This document shows, in pieces, positions 44,197 through 57,795 of a stretch of 64,000 nucleotides of DNA (the first letter of the stretch is position 1; each line of letters opens with the position of its first letter). This DNA comes from Eledone cirrhosa. Taxonomy: Eukaryota. The translations under genes were made by a program, and so were the position numbers. The stretch spans positions 111,104,001-111,168,000 of the forward strand of contig OZ024742.1 of NCBI GenBank assembly GCA_964016885.1, written 5' to 3'. The notes below the pieces were generated by a model. That model had not been told where the DNA came from. It made no database searches and was given only the letters and a program-made list of their open reading frames with translations.

Positions 44197-44882
44197 TTGA
44201 AATCTACATTTTCATATTACAAACACTACCAGGATTGAACGCCTGACTCCATCTCCGTTTGATTGTCAAAATACATATTAACATTCTCTATTAGTCTTAA
44301 TTCTATCAACTCTTCTATTCTTTACCATTTAATATAAACTGCTATAGATAAAATGAGATTTCTTAATTCAATTCCCTAATGCATATACCAGCAGGCTACC
44401 AGCATTGTTGTTATTCAGTAGCAGTGAAAATCTCCCTCTTCCTTAATTGACACTTTATAATTAATACTACTATACCAAACGACCAGCCCTGTCCATTGTT
44501 CAATTGGTCAAGTATAGATTAAAAAGGGCACTCCCAAAAATTCTTATTTAGATAAAATAAACCATATACTCATTGTATTCTCATTAGAAACCCTTTATAT
44601 ACTTGTTTACGAATAAATACAATTGCCATCTGTCATATACTATCCCCTCTCTTCTTCCTTTATTACAACTAATATAAATACTTCAATTTTTCTGATTTTT
44701 TCCAATTTATCCAATATCTCTGAAGAAGTGACAACTGATTATACATTTGCTATCGAATACTTGCTAACATTATATGATTACGCAAGCAGCGATACACAGG
44801 TATTCCGTCTGTTACAGAAACATATGTCAATACCTAATAAATTCCTTTTTTAAAAAAAGCACTTTCATTTTATATTCATATT

Positions 44883-44886
<4 letters not shown>
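44197..44886 (+). mobile_element. 3' UTR / pseudo-LTR fragment of the PLE family also present at 62950-63770
   Basis: 44197-44285 and 44620-44886 are reverse-complement matches of 63225-63316 and 62950-63210; ends in (TA)n. Confidence 0.8.
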
Positions 44887-44922
<36 letters not shown>

Positions 44923-45059
44923 AGGTTCATTATTGGTTCTGTAAAATGGTCCAATAACTTTATGTTAGCAATGTTAAGTCTTCATATGAGGGAATGAATT
45001 CTGTGAGAGAACATCGTCATTTTTCTCCCTCATATCAAGAATTTGAAGACAATTCATTT

Positions 45060-45133
45060 TCACCTGATGAGATCAGTGATAATCGATCATGGCTTCACAA
45101 TCGATCTATCTCTTATTGAAACATGTGTCGTGA
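45060..45133 (+). ncRNA. Candidate type I hammerhead ribozyme in the 5' pLTR
   Basis: TCAC-CTGATGA-[47-nt imperfect helix II]-GAAAC-ATGT-GTC|GTGA. Confidence 0.7.
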
Positions 45134-45367
45134 TTAAATGATTGGAATTTTACCATGCCTTCGGATTTTCATTTTGATACTTATACTCCATTTTACATCA
45201 TCTAGCTGTTCCCTTGAATGGAATTGGAGATATACAAAAGCGTGGAGAACTTAATATTGCTAACATAAAGTTATTGGACCATTTTACACAACCAATAATG
45301 CACCTTACTATATAACAACTTAAAGCTCCTAATTTTGTTGAGCACTTAATGCTGTTAAGCAAGGAAT

Positions 45368-48080
45368 ATGATGGAGAAATTCTCGGTGAACTCTTCACTT
45401 AAGGACATCCCTTTGCCCAACATAAAAGAATTCACAAGGTTGGCCATAGGTAAATCGGATTCCTTTGTCCGTAGAATGCGTTGGAAGGCCTTCCACATCG
45501 ACAGAGGAACTCCAACAAACCACCCCAGGGAGGGAACGAGCGGCATCGAGGAAATATTCAAATCCAGAAGAAATCCACCACACAATAAATACTTGGAAGA
45601 ATTCGAGACAGAAACGTTTAACATAGTGTCCAGCCTTAAGTTTAGGAAAAACCCACTTAGGGGAAAAAGCTACCTAAGACGACTGAAAGGTGATCTAGTA
45701 AAATTAAAGAACTCGACCGGCATTTTGGTGCACGCAGACAAGACTAACAACCTGTACGATATGGATAGAGTAACTTATGACGATTTGATAACTAGAGAAC
45801 TTAGAAAAAGCTACAGAAAAACTACACGGGCCAACCTGGATTTAATTAACACGGAAGCCAATAGCGTCATGACTAAACTGGGTATTGAGGATAAAACCGA
45901 ACCCTTCCATCCTAGAACTCCGAGGATTTTGCTGAAAGACCACAAATTGGACTTTGAATCATCAAGACCTGTCAGGCTGATAGCCCCTTCGAAGTAGGAC
46001 ATAGGAATCATAAGTAAAAACATCCTTGATAAAATAATCCCCACTCTAGTGAGGAGATCGAAACTCAAGTTGTGGTCAGGAACTAGTGAGGTAATTAACT
46101 GGTTTGAGAAATCGCAGAATAAGAATAGCACTAAGTTTATACAGTTCGATAGCTCTAATTATTACTCTTCAATCTCTCCAACTCTTCTAGGTAGGGCCCT
46201 TAACTTTGCTAGCTTACACACCGACCTTACATCCGAAGAAATTAGCATTATTCTCCTAGCTAGGAAAACCTTAATTGAATTCAACGGTGACCTGTGGACC
46301 AGGAAGGATTCGCCAGACAATTTCGACATCACCATGGGATCCACGGACTCAGCCCAGGTGACGGGTCCGGTGGGCCTTTATCTCCTTTACTGTCTCGGAG
46401 TGGAAATGCCCCACGTTGGAGGTGGCGCTTACCGTGACGACGTTTTGTTTACTGTGTCGTTCCATAATAATAGTATGGTAGAGAGGGCGAGGAAAAAACT
46501 TAGCAAATTCTTCAAGAACATAGACCTAAGTATAGTATTTGAAGAGAACTTAAAGATAGTTAATTTTCTTGATGTTACACTTAACCTCAATTCAGGACTC
46601 TTCCAACCCTACCACAAACCCAACGAGAATCTAAACTATGTCAACGCAAAATCGAACCACCCTAGAATAGTCACTAACGGTATTACCAAAAGCGTCTCTA
46701 GTAGAATTTCAGGACTATCTTCCAATGAGGATACCTTTAATAAGATCTCGAATTACTATAATAGCGCCCTGGAACGCGCGAGGCATAGCGAGGGAATCTC
46801 ATTAAAACGTCCATTAAATAGTAGAAGCAACATTGCCTGCGATAGCTTAGCCCTGAATAGTGACACTCTAGTTAACAGCAGGCGTGATACGAGGGAGGAT
46901 TTATATAGACTTGCTGTTGGTACAAATAGAAACAACCACCTAGGTACTAACACGGGGTCTGAGCAACGTAACGCCAGCGGAAACTCTAATGGTAACCTTA
47001 ATTGTGGAACCGATAAAACTACCGTGGAACGCAGTACGGAACGAGGGTCGAGTAAGGGGAATAGGGACAGGTGTAGCAGACGCATAGTAGTTATAACCCC
47101 GGTTATCGAGGGTAATCCCAATGGCCGCATGGGAGGTAACCCGCCCTGGAGACTTGGGACGATTCCGAACACAATCGTGATACCCCAGGACACCATCGAC
47201 CCACAGGCAATTTCCAGTTACAATAGACCAGTAACTACTAAGGAGACAAGTAATTCTAATATAGTTAGTAAGAACAAGAGGCATCAGACCAGAAAAGTCC
47301 TGTGGTATAATCCCCTTACTCCACTGGCCTGACGACTAGTATAGCTAAGCATTTCTTTAGGGCCTTAGACAAATGCTTCCCTAGATCACACAGATATTAT
47401 AAAATATTCAATAGAAATACCATCAAGCTGTCCTATTCCATAACTAGTAACATAGCTCAGAATATAGCTAAGATGAATTATAGTAGACTTAGGACAGCCC
47501 ATGTGGGAATTAGGCATGGCAGGAACAATGTGCAGCTCTATTGAGGAACTGACTCATACACATGAGGCGAGTCGGGTCTCCCCAATCCCAGGGAATCTAG
47601 CCATAGAGCAGACAGGAGCTGGGACCCGACCCCAAAGGTACCGTGGTCCATCTGGAACTATCCAGGTCGATAGCAAAAACTGTAACTGCAGAAGCACCGC
47701 CATCTAACCCATGGCTGGGAAATGCCTTACCAAAAGCATAGTCTACGACTGTAAGGTCTCCACTCGTGATAGAATCTTTAGGTATGTTGGGGAAACTGCT
47801 CGGGATTTAAGGACAGATGATATAATCACCGCCATACCTTTAATAGATTAGATAAAAAAAATAGCACGGCACTTTCTGAATTAGTCTGGAAGCTTAAACA
47901 TCAGAATACAGAGCACTCCTTATCCTGGTCCATAGTTCGCTCAGTCCAACCTTATAACAACAGCACTGGCGTCTGCAATTTATGTATAGCTGAAACTATT
48001 AATTAATAGGAGAGCAGATTTTTTCAGCAACTGCGAACATAGAACCTCGAAAACCTTCCGCAGGATTTTTGGAAGGTAAC
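45368..48080 (+). pseudogene. PLE reverse transcriptase / GIY-YIG endonuclease polyprotein, disrupted
   Basis: RMRWKAF, ADKTNNLY, LKDHK, RLIAPSK, FIQFD, FDITMGS, YRDD, VNFLDVTLNL, PYHKPN..YVNAKSNHP, VLWYNP, IFNRNTIKLSYS, CNCR, IVYDCKV..YVGET, YNHRHTF, CNLCIAE. In-frame TAG at 45995-45997 and frameshifts after 47310. Confidence 0.92.
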
Positions 48081-49497
48081 CTACCACTAACTACCCCTCT
48101 CTATTTTAGCCATAGAGTTCTCTCAATAAACAGACAGTCACACACTCAGGTAGTTAGAGGGCTAAGATTGTTTGCGCACTTACAAACGATACTCGGCCTG
48201 TTTTCACGGAGTTCTCACAGCTGAGTGAACTTTTGTAGAATACCTAGCTAGTAAATAGTTACATTGATTACACAATTAGTATACCTAGTTAGTAATTGAT
48301 TGCACACTCAGACATGACCGATTACGCGCACCTACCTTTACTTTAAGATACCATAACCATTGAGTTCTCTCAGTTGGGATATAGCTAATCGTTTTACACA
48401 CTTAGTTAGGACCGATTACGCTCTCTATACATAACTCAACACACAGTACCCGTTTCCTTTAGACATTGAGCTCCCACAATTACGACTGTCACGTTCCTAC
48501 CGACTGAACATTACACCAGGTTTTGATCCGTGATCATCTAACCATGGAGGACTCACTGTTACGGATTGAACAATAATACTGACACACCATTAATGGGCCT
48601 ACACACATCCTTTAGATTTTACTATCCTGTGTTTTTTCACCTCACCTTCACCCTCAAACAACTATCTTAAAAGCTCATTGGCCCATACGGACGTATTTAC
48701 CGAATACCCAACCCTACACGGATGCCTTTGCTGGCCTACATTGCGGTTGCTTGTCGAACGGATTTGGTGACCCGGATTCTCAATGGGACAGCGGTACATA
48801 CTGAGTTCGATATGAGCTGATTGCATGCTCTTCACATGGACATACCCTTTTTTGGAGGATTCGAATGTGTATATACCATAACATACACTTGAAGATATGG
48901 ATGTTCAAATTAAATCTGTACACGTATAGCAGAACACTGAACTGACCTTACTTGCTTGTGTGTGTGTGTGTTGGGGGGGGGGGGGGGGGGTTAACCCAAT
49001 ATTTCCAATTTACATCGTCAAATTTTGACGAATATAGATTCTGTTGTTTTGTGAACTAACTTTCGGTGAGGGCTGTGTTGGTACATTCTTATATTTGTTT
49101 TATTATATTTGTTTACTTATATTTGTTTTTTCTCGGACATCGCTTCGGTGTGTGTGAGAGTGTGTGTGTAACCACCCACACTAACTCTACAGGTTTAATA
49201 CTGTGCTGATGTGTGTATATATATGTATATATCTTTCTTTGACCTCGTGCCGGTGTATGTGGGTGTGGAATGTGTGTACCCAGTCACATTAACTATGACT
49301 GACTGTATCCCTACAGATTTGATTGATGTCCAGCATCTTTTGCAGCGATAGAAATCTGAAAACTTTTATGACCTCAACTGAAGTTAATAGCAGTCGCCGT
49401 GTCTCTGACTGCTGTGTCTTCATATGAGGGAATAAACTCTGTGAGTGAACATTGCTAATTTTCTCCCTCATATCAAGAATTTGAAGACAATTCATAT

Positions 49498-49571
49498 TCA
49501 CCTGACGAGTTCTGTGACAATATTTCATGGCTTCACGATCGATCTATCTCTTATTGAAACATGTGTCGTGA
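49498..49571 (+). ncRNA. Candidate type I hammerhead ribozyme in the 3' pLTR
   Basis: TCAC-CTGACGA-[diverged helix II]-GAAAC-ATGT-GTC|GTGA. Confidence 0.62.
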
Positions 49572-49772
49572 TTAAAATGATTGGAAATTTTACCTTGCCT
49601 TCGGATTTTCATTTTGATACTAATACTCCGTTTTACATCATCAAGCTATTCCGTTGAGTGGAATTGGAGATATACAAAAGCGTGGAGAACTTAATATTGC
49701 TAACAAAAAATTATTGGACCGTTTTACAACCAATAATACACCTTACTATATAGCAACTATATATATATATAC

Positions 49773-49868
<96 letters not shown>

Positions 49869-50098
49869 GCAAGTGTGTATGTATGTATACGTACATACAT
49901 ATATGTATACAGACGTACAGTAGTATGTATATATACACATACATGCACACATATATACATATATACATGCACGTATCGGTTTACCGAACATTTGTTATAA
50001 TGCTCGGTTTGTTTGTTTGTAAACAAACAAACAGCCCGAATTACGCCGTACAGTGTTTAGGCAACCACGTCACCTTTTTGTTCAACACTGACACATGA

Positions 50099-50141
50099 AC
50101 GATGTACTAGTTTCAAGCTTATTAGCTATCGTCAGCATCGT
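50099..50141 (-). ncRNA. Minimal type I hammerhead ribozyme
   Basis: Reverse complement of the motif at 50740-50782. Confidence 0.85.
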
Positions 50142-50739
50142 ATACCTTCCTGCCAGATGGTTGAACGTCTGAAAGTATATACTTTGCTTATGCATATTAA
50201 CGGCTGAGCAGCCTAATTTGCATATCGAGTGAGTTCAGTCGGCCGGGCACACCGAAAACGATAAATGGAATAGAATGAAACGAAATTTCATTTCTCACTC
50301 TTAGTACGGCACTTACTTAAATGCAAGTATATATGTATGTATACGTACATACATATATGTATACAGACGTACAGTAGTATGTATATATATACATACATGC
50401 ACACATATACAAACAAACAAACCGAGCATTATAATAAATGTTCGGTAAACCGATACGTGCATGTATATATGTGTGTGCATGTATGTATATATATATATAC
50501 ATACTACTGTACGTCTGTATACATGTATGTATGTACGTATACATACATACATACTTTCATTTAAATAAGTGCCGTACTAAGAGTGAGAAATCAATTTTCG
50601 TTTCATTCTATTCCATTTATCGTTTTCGGTGTGCCCGGCCGACTGAACTCACTCGATATGCAAATTAGGCTGCTCAGCCGTTAATATGCATAAGGAAAGT
50701 ATATACTTTCAGACGTTCAACCATCTGGCAGGAAGGTAT

Positions 50740-50782
50740 ACGATGCTGACGATAGCTAATAAGCTTGAAACTAGTACATCGT
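50740..50782 (+). ncRNA. Minimal type I hammerhead ribozyme
   Basis: ACGATG-CTGACGA-TAGCT-AATA-AGCTT-GAAAC-TA-GTA|CATCGT: 6-bp helix I, intact CUGANGA and GAAA core, AGCT/AGCT helix II, palindromic ACTAGT at helix III, GUA cleavage triplet. Confidence 0.88.
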
Positions 50783-51075
50783 TCCTGTGTCAGTGTTGAA
50801 CAAAAAGGTGATGTGGTTGCCTAAACACTGTACGGCGTAATTCGGGCTGTTTGTTTGTTTACAAACAAACAAACCGAGCATTATAACAAATGTTCGGTAA
50901 ACCGATACGTGCATGTATATGTGTGTGCATGTATGTATATATATACACACTACTGTACGTCTGTATACATATATGTATGTACGTATACACACATACATAC
51001 TTGCATTTAAGTAAGTGCCGTACTAAGAGTGAGAAATGAAATTTCGTCTCATTCTATTCCATTTATATATATATA

Positions 51076-52293
51076 TAAACCTTTATATGTAATAATGTCC
51101 CGTTAGTTTGAGATACAATTTTGGCTGTATTGGGCTGCGCTTTCTAGCAAAAAGCCTACCAGCCGTAAGCAACTAATCACATCCTTTCTAACTTGACCGC
51201 TGCCACGTCACGATTCTTAGCCATTTTTTAATGTATTCTTGGCGCGATCACTTTGGAAAATTAATGTCTAAATTTGCTCTGACTTCCTTAAGAATAAGAA
51301 GCTCTAGATATCCAATGTTATCGGATGTCTTAAAATGCGGACGAAACCATGGTAGAGGTAATTAAATATGTACACTTTTCTTTTAGTTTATTTTACACCT
51401 AATTCTGTTTAGTTGACTGTATATCTGGTCGATTCATACATGCTGTCGAAATATTCGATAAATGATCCGTCGTAACCGCCGCGAAGAGGCTGCTTTCGGT
51501 TATTTGTCGGAGATTTCTTCATAGGAGCCTCTATTCTTATAGCTTGGTCTAATTGATTTTTTTTTTATATGGTTAATTATGCTAATTTGGAAGAGGAAAC
51601 GGTATATATTTTATCTGGTGATTCTATAGAAATGTTTTATGATATATAGCTCTGATTATTTAATTTATTAATTCTTCATTGAGCCACAAAGTGACCCGTT
51701 GCAAAACACATATATATTTATGACTTTATATATATATATATATGTAAACCTTTATATGTATAATCTCCCGTTAGGTTGAGATACAATTTTGGCTGTATTG
51801 GGCTGCGCTTTCTAGCAAAAAACCTGCCAGCCGTAAGCAACTAATCACACCCTTTCTAACTTGACCGCTGCCACGTCACGATTCTTAGCCATTTTTGAAT
51901 GTATTCTTGGCGCGATCACTTTGGAAAATTAATTGTCTAAATTTGAGCTAACCTCCTGAAGAATCCGAAGCTCTAGATATCCAATGTTATCGGATGTCTT
52001 AAAATGCGGATGAAACCATGGTAGAGGTAATTAAATATGTACACTTTTCTTCTAGTTTATTTTACACCTAATTCTGTTTAGTTGACTGTATATCTGGTCG
52101 ATTCATACATGCTGTTGAAATATTCGATAAATGATCCTTCGTAACCGCCGCGAAGGGGCTGCTTTCGGTTATCTGTCGGAGATTTCTTCATAGGAGCCTT
52201 TATTCTTATAGCTTGATCTAATTGATTTTTTATATGCTAATTGGGAGAGGAAACGGTATATATTTTATCTGTTGATTCTATAGACATTATTTA

Positions 52294-52296
<3 letters not shown>
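51076..52296 (+). repeat. Tandem pair of a ~550-650-bp hammerhead-bearing non-coding repeat (51076-~51720 and 51745-52296), separated and flanked by (TA)n
   Basis: Both copies start AAACCTTTATATGTA..CCCGTTAG.TTGAGATACAATTTTGGC and stay collinear. Confidence 0.88.
51951..52028 (+). ncRNA. Type I hammerhead ribozyme with extended helix II
   Basis: ACCTC-CTGAAGA-ATCCG-[39 nt containing AGATATCC/GGATGTCT stem]-CGGAT-GAAAC-CATG-GTA|GAGGT. The sister copy at ~51282-51359 has a mutated core (CTTAAGA). Confidence 0.88.
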
Positions 52297-52380
<84 letters not shown>

Positions 52381-52399
52381 TTATACATAACAATAATTG

Positions 52400-53720
52400 C
52401 GAATGCCGGATGTAGATTTTCATAATTCCTTTTATTCATAATCAGCCGTAGTATATATTTCTGTACTGTTCATCATCATTATGCAATGCAGTTGGTAGTA
52501 ACGACATCTTGTACAAATGCAATGACGTTACTAATTATTTTACCATCATTTATTTCAATACCATCGATCTCATCAGTTTGCCCTTTTTCGTTGACAAAGA
52601 TTTGTACTTGTCTAAACTTCAGACCTATGTCATTAGACACAATCTTCACTGGGTGGACAAGTGGATCAATTTCTATTTCATTACGACCATGCAACTGTAA
52701 ACCGTCCATGATCAATAGATGGTTTATTGGGATGGACTCTTTCGCCATGTAATGTCCACAATTTGTTCCTCTAAATGAAGAATAAGGGAAATTAGTACAA
52801 TGATAAACAAAGATGATAATGAGTCCCCTTGGAAAATATCTCGTCTGGAGTGAACATCTAGAACTTCTTTACCTGATGACAATTCATGTTCTCCGCTTCT
52901 CCATGCTGTTTAACAGCATTTCTTTGATGTGATCTGCTACATCAACAAGGTTGTGAGCTTCTTTTAACCATGAGAAGGGAACCATGTCTTAGGATTTTCC
53001 TTTAATTTATGAAAGTCATTCCTAAATTCGATTTCGTTCTCGTGCAGTTCCTTAGAATCACCTTATGAATTAACAACTCGTCGTTTGTTCCCCTGGGTCA
53101 TCCACGTCAATCTTTCTTATCCTCGTCACTAGTTTCCAAATGATTGGCAGACATGCTTTTGGTCGGTAATTGTCAGCCATATTCCTCTTCGCTTTGTCCT
53201 TCACTAAAAGGAATCTAATTATGGACTTTTCCAAGCTGTAAACACTTGTTCAAATGCTAGGCTACCCTATCATGCTTACTGTTCCTTTTCATCTACCAGA
53301 ATCATTGGAGGCCTTCCAGCTTTCCATTACTGTAACAAACTGTTTGACATCACTGGAGTAGTTTAGTTGTTTTCTAACTCTTTGAAGCAACACCGCCTAA
53401 TTATTATGAGAAAGTATTGATGCCTCAATTGAATCAGGAAGCACGTTCTCCGTTTTGCATTTACCATCGAATTCTTTATAAAATTGAGAGGTCTTTGACC
53501 GAAAAATTTTATTTTGATAACATTGCTGTTGTTGCTTTACAGAATTCCGTATCTTCAGACGTACGTATTACGGTTTTCGGTAACGATCTGTAAAGCAAAT
53601 TGTTTCTCAGTTTCATCTTTTGTGAGAATATTATCGTAATCTCTAATGGGTATGACTCCTCTTTCTGCAATATCATTCACAACAACTGTCTTCTCAAGTT
53701 TTCAAGTCCACTTTTGTACC
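52400..53720 (-). mobile_element. Degraded R4/Dong-like LINE RT fragment
   Basis: Minus strand DNYRPKACLPI (~53140-53175), DIFQGDSLS (~52815-52843), INHLLIMDGLQLHG..DIGLKF (ORF 52479-52748). Confidence 0.8.
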
Positions 53721-53864
53721 CAGGAACATCCTTCCGTGTTGAAGGGTCTTTGACGAAGGGTCTTTGACGAAGGGTCTTTGAAAGATTTTGTGCAGAATGT
53801 ACCTCTTCAGCTGATTTTTTTCTTCTTCCTCTTCTTCACCTTAATCTGCTTCCAGCATAACTTC

Positions 53865-54135
53865 AGCAATATTGCCTTAACCTCTCCTTGCTCGCCTTGC
53901 TCTCCTTCCTCTCCTTTTCTCATTGCTTTTCTTGCTCTCCTTTTCTCCGTACTCTCTTTGCTACCCTTGCTCTCCTTGCACTCCTTTTATCCGTGCTCTC
54001 CTTTCCTCATTTATCTCTTTTTCTTTTTCCTCTCCTTGCTCTCAATTTCTAATTGCTCTCCTTGCTCTTCTTGCGCTCCTTTTCTCCTTTCTCTCTTTCC
54101 TCGGCTTTTCTCCTTGCTCTCTCTTTCTCCTTGTA
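53865..54135. repeat. Degenerate 9-bp pyrimidine-rich minisatellite (TCTCCTTGC)n; adjacent 14-bp triplicate (GAAGGGTCTTTGAC) at 53741-53781
   Basis: Directly visible. Confidence 0.75.
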
Positions 54136-54227
54136 CGTGTTTATATACAAATACAATGAGTAAAGGGGAGCAAGGAGAAATATGAAAGCAAGCATAGTAA
54201 GGTGAATATATATATATATATATACAT

Positions 54228-54262
<35 letters not shown>

Positions 54263-54318
54263 CTCAATACCGAGTACTCAATTCTCTCAGCTGTCAACCA
54301 AATACGGATATAAGTATA

Positions 54319-54728
54319 TTAGGGTGGCCCTTAGCAATAGGAGATTTTCTGAAAGTTAAAATTTTTGCTGCTCCCACACCGAAAAATAGGTGTTTGTCCT
54401 ATACCTGCGCTCTGTTCCCAGCTTTGCAAGTTGCCTTCCCCATTATATTTATTCTCACTTATCCTCCTAATACCAAGAATAAGTCTGAACAAGTTTTTAA
54501 TTTAAGAGATAATTATATGAGAGATAAACAAATTTTATCTGAAAAAATGACTTTCCGTGCGAAAGCTTCAACATTTCACGGTCAATGAGGGTCGCCTTGA
54601 AAATTTCACGGTCAATGAAGTCGCCCGCTTGAGCTAAAGTTTTGCATAGATTGTTGTTTTGTTAATTGGAACAAGATAGGCTGTGAGAGCTAAACTTTTA
54701 GAACGTTGAAAAATAAGGCCCACCCTAA
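54319..54728. mobile_element. MITE, probably Tc1/mariner-type
   Basis: TIRs TTAGGGTGGCCCTTA / TAAGGCCCACCCTAA with TA on both sides; 410 bp, no transposase. Confidence 0.78.
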
Positions 54729-54939
54729 TATATATATATATATATAGTTATGTAATAAACAACATAAGGTAATTATTCCATTTACCAGTGGTTTCTTAAA
54801 AGCCAAAAATGTTGCTTTCAATCCTCAGAATGAAAAAATCCTGGTCTGTTTATTGAATTTGGATTTTAAAAACAAAAATGCAATCTATATGAAAGTGAGG
54901 CTGGAGAAAGAAGAAGGAAAGGAAAAATAAAATAAAACG

Positions 54940-56305
<1,366 letters not shown>

Positions 56306-57084
56306 AAAAACATATTTTATCTATATAATCCATGTCATCTCTACACATTCGTATTGACAAATGCAATATACGTTTGAGATTCACACGAAAAATAATCAAA
56401 TGGATTTGTGTGTTGCGTTCATTCCATGAACGCAACACAGAAATCTATTTGGACTTGAAATGTTCTATATCGGTCTGAATCTAATATTTCAATATTTCAT
56501 TTTATAATAACTTAGTCAGATTAGCTTATGGATAGTAATAGACATACTCTTTTAACCCTGCCCATTGGGATTCAAGCGTGGTGTGTGAGCAGCGATAGAA
56601 AATGATCACGCTTTTTACTGGGTTTGCCCTCACTGCTAATGGTCAAATTATTAATGTAGTTACAGTCAACTTTGTCATTTATACATTTCGGAAATTTTCC
56701 AAAATGTGTTACTTTCAATTACGTCTTACTCAACATAACACCTATTTGTTTTATTGCTCCATCGGTGATATATGTTACCTCACAAACCTCAGTAGGAATT
56801 CAAATAGAGCCGGAGAGAAAGAAAATTAACCATAACTAAGTAATCAATTCGTTAATGCATTATATATGATTACAGCTTGTAGCTCAAGTAATATTGAAGC
56901 AAAGATGAAACCCCTATGCTGGTATACTAGAAACAATAGCCAAATATTGTTCAACCTAATTCTTACTATTGATATAAGGAAATATGTACATTGAGTGAAG
57001 GGTGTACTTAAATATCAATAAGTGCGATAGTGATAGACTGACCATCCCTGCCACCACGAATTACTCTGCTACACACACACACAC

Positions 57085-57157
57085 ACTTATCTTAATAGCC
57101 ATTTGACACACATCGCTGCTAACCATTATCACAACATCGAACACCTTACTACTACTA

Positions 57158-57223
<66 letters not shown>

Positions 57224-57692
57224 TTGTTGTGAAAGAGTCATTTCTCAATCTTGGCGCAAAACCAATTTTTTTTATTCACATGACCTCTACCGACCAATCA
57301 AAATTGTTTTGACCACAAGAATTTTTGCTGGAGCCACTTTTTTAACATAAAAACAGTCTTGGCGCAAAATCAATTTTTTACATTCACATGACCTCTACCG
57401 ATCAATCAAAATTGTTTTGACCCCAAGAATTTTTGCAAATTGGAGCCACTTTTTTAACATAAAAACAGGTAGAATTCCCAAAACTAATCAGATCAGAGCA
57501 AACAGCACGGACACTCTATCTCAAAATTATTTTTGAAAAGCATTTAGAAATGCGCAACCGGTAAAAACTTAAAAACTTAAAACCACAACTGAATACTAAC
57601 CCATACAATCACTAATACTCTTTTATTCCTAATTAAACCATTTTTCAACTGTGAACAATTTGTCAGCATTTTCTATTCCGTTTACCAATATA
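57085..57692 (+). repeat. ~610-bp interspersed repeat with an internal ~110-bp duplication; inverted partner at 61115-61735
   Basis: Reverse-complement match over the whole length, including the internal (ACT)n(CA)n tract. Confidence 0.88.
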
Positions 57693-57718
57693 TAATAACT
57701 TGTGTGTTACACCTCTAT

Positions 57719-57794
<76 letters not shown>

Positions 57795-57795
<1 letters not shown>

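Larger units (their letters stand above)
44916..49757 (+). mobile_element. Near full-length Penelope-like retroelement with direct pseudo-LTRs (~44978-45314 and ~49417-49757) and an inverted ~65-bp 5' piece
   Basis: ~340-bp direct repeats flank an RT plus GIY-YIG ORF. 44916-44979 is the reverse complement of the pLTR 3' end. (TA)n on both sides. Confidence 0.93.
49865..51063. repeat. Retrozyme-like ~453-bp tandem unit in two opposed partial dimers (49865-50410 and 50411-51063)
   Basis: Period is 454 bp on the left (ATGCAAG at 49867 and 50321) and 452 bp on the right (ACCGAGC at 50421 and 50873). The halves are reverse complements and each carries a hammerhead. Flanked by (TA)n. Confidence 0.85.

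Noticed and set aside
47695-47825. Selenocysteine recoding in the PLE endonuclease (stop at a conserved Cys position; TGA at ~47818)
   Set aside because: The Cys-position stop is TAA, related copies have TGT, the TGA falls at a Trp position and no SECIS was recognised. Ordinary decay is sufficient.
53865-54180. Collagen-like GEQ-repeat coding exon on the minus strand
   Set aside because: The Gly periodicity is broken by indels and stops; better explained as a degenerate 9-bp minisatellite.
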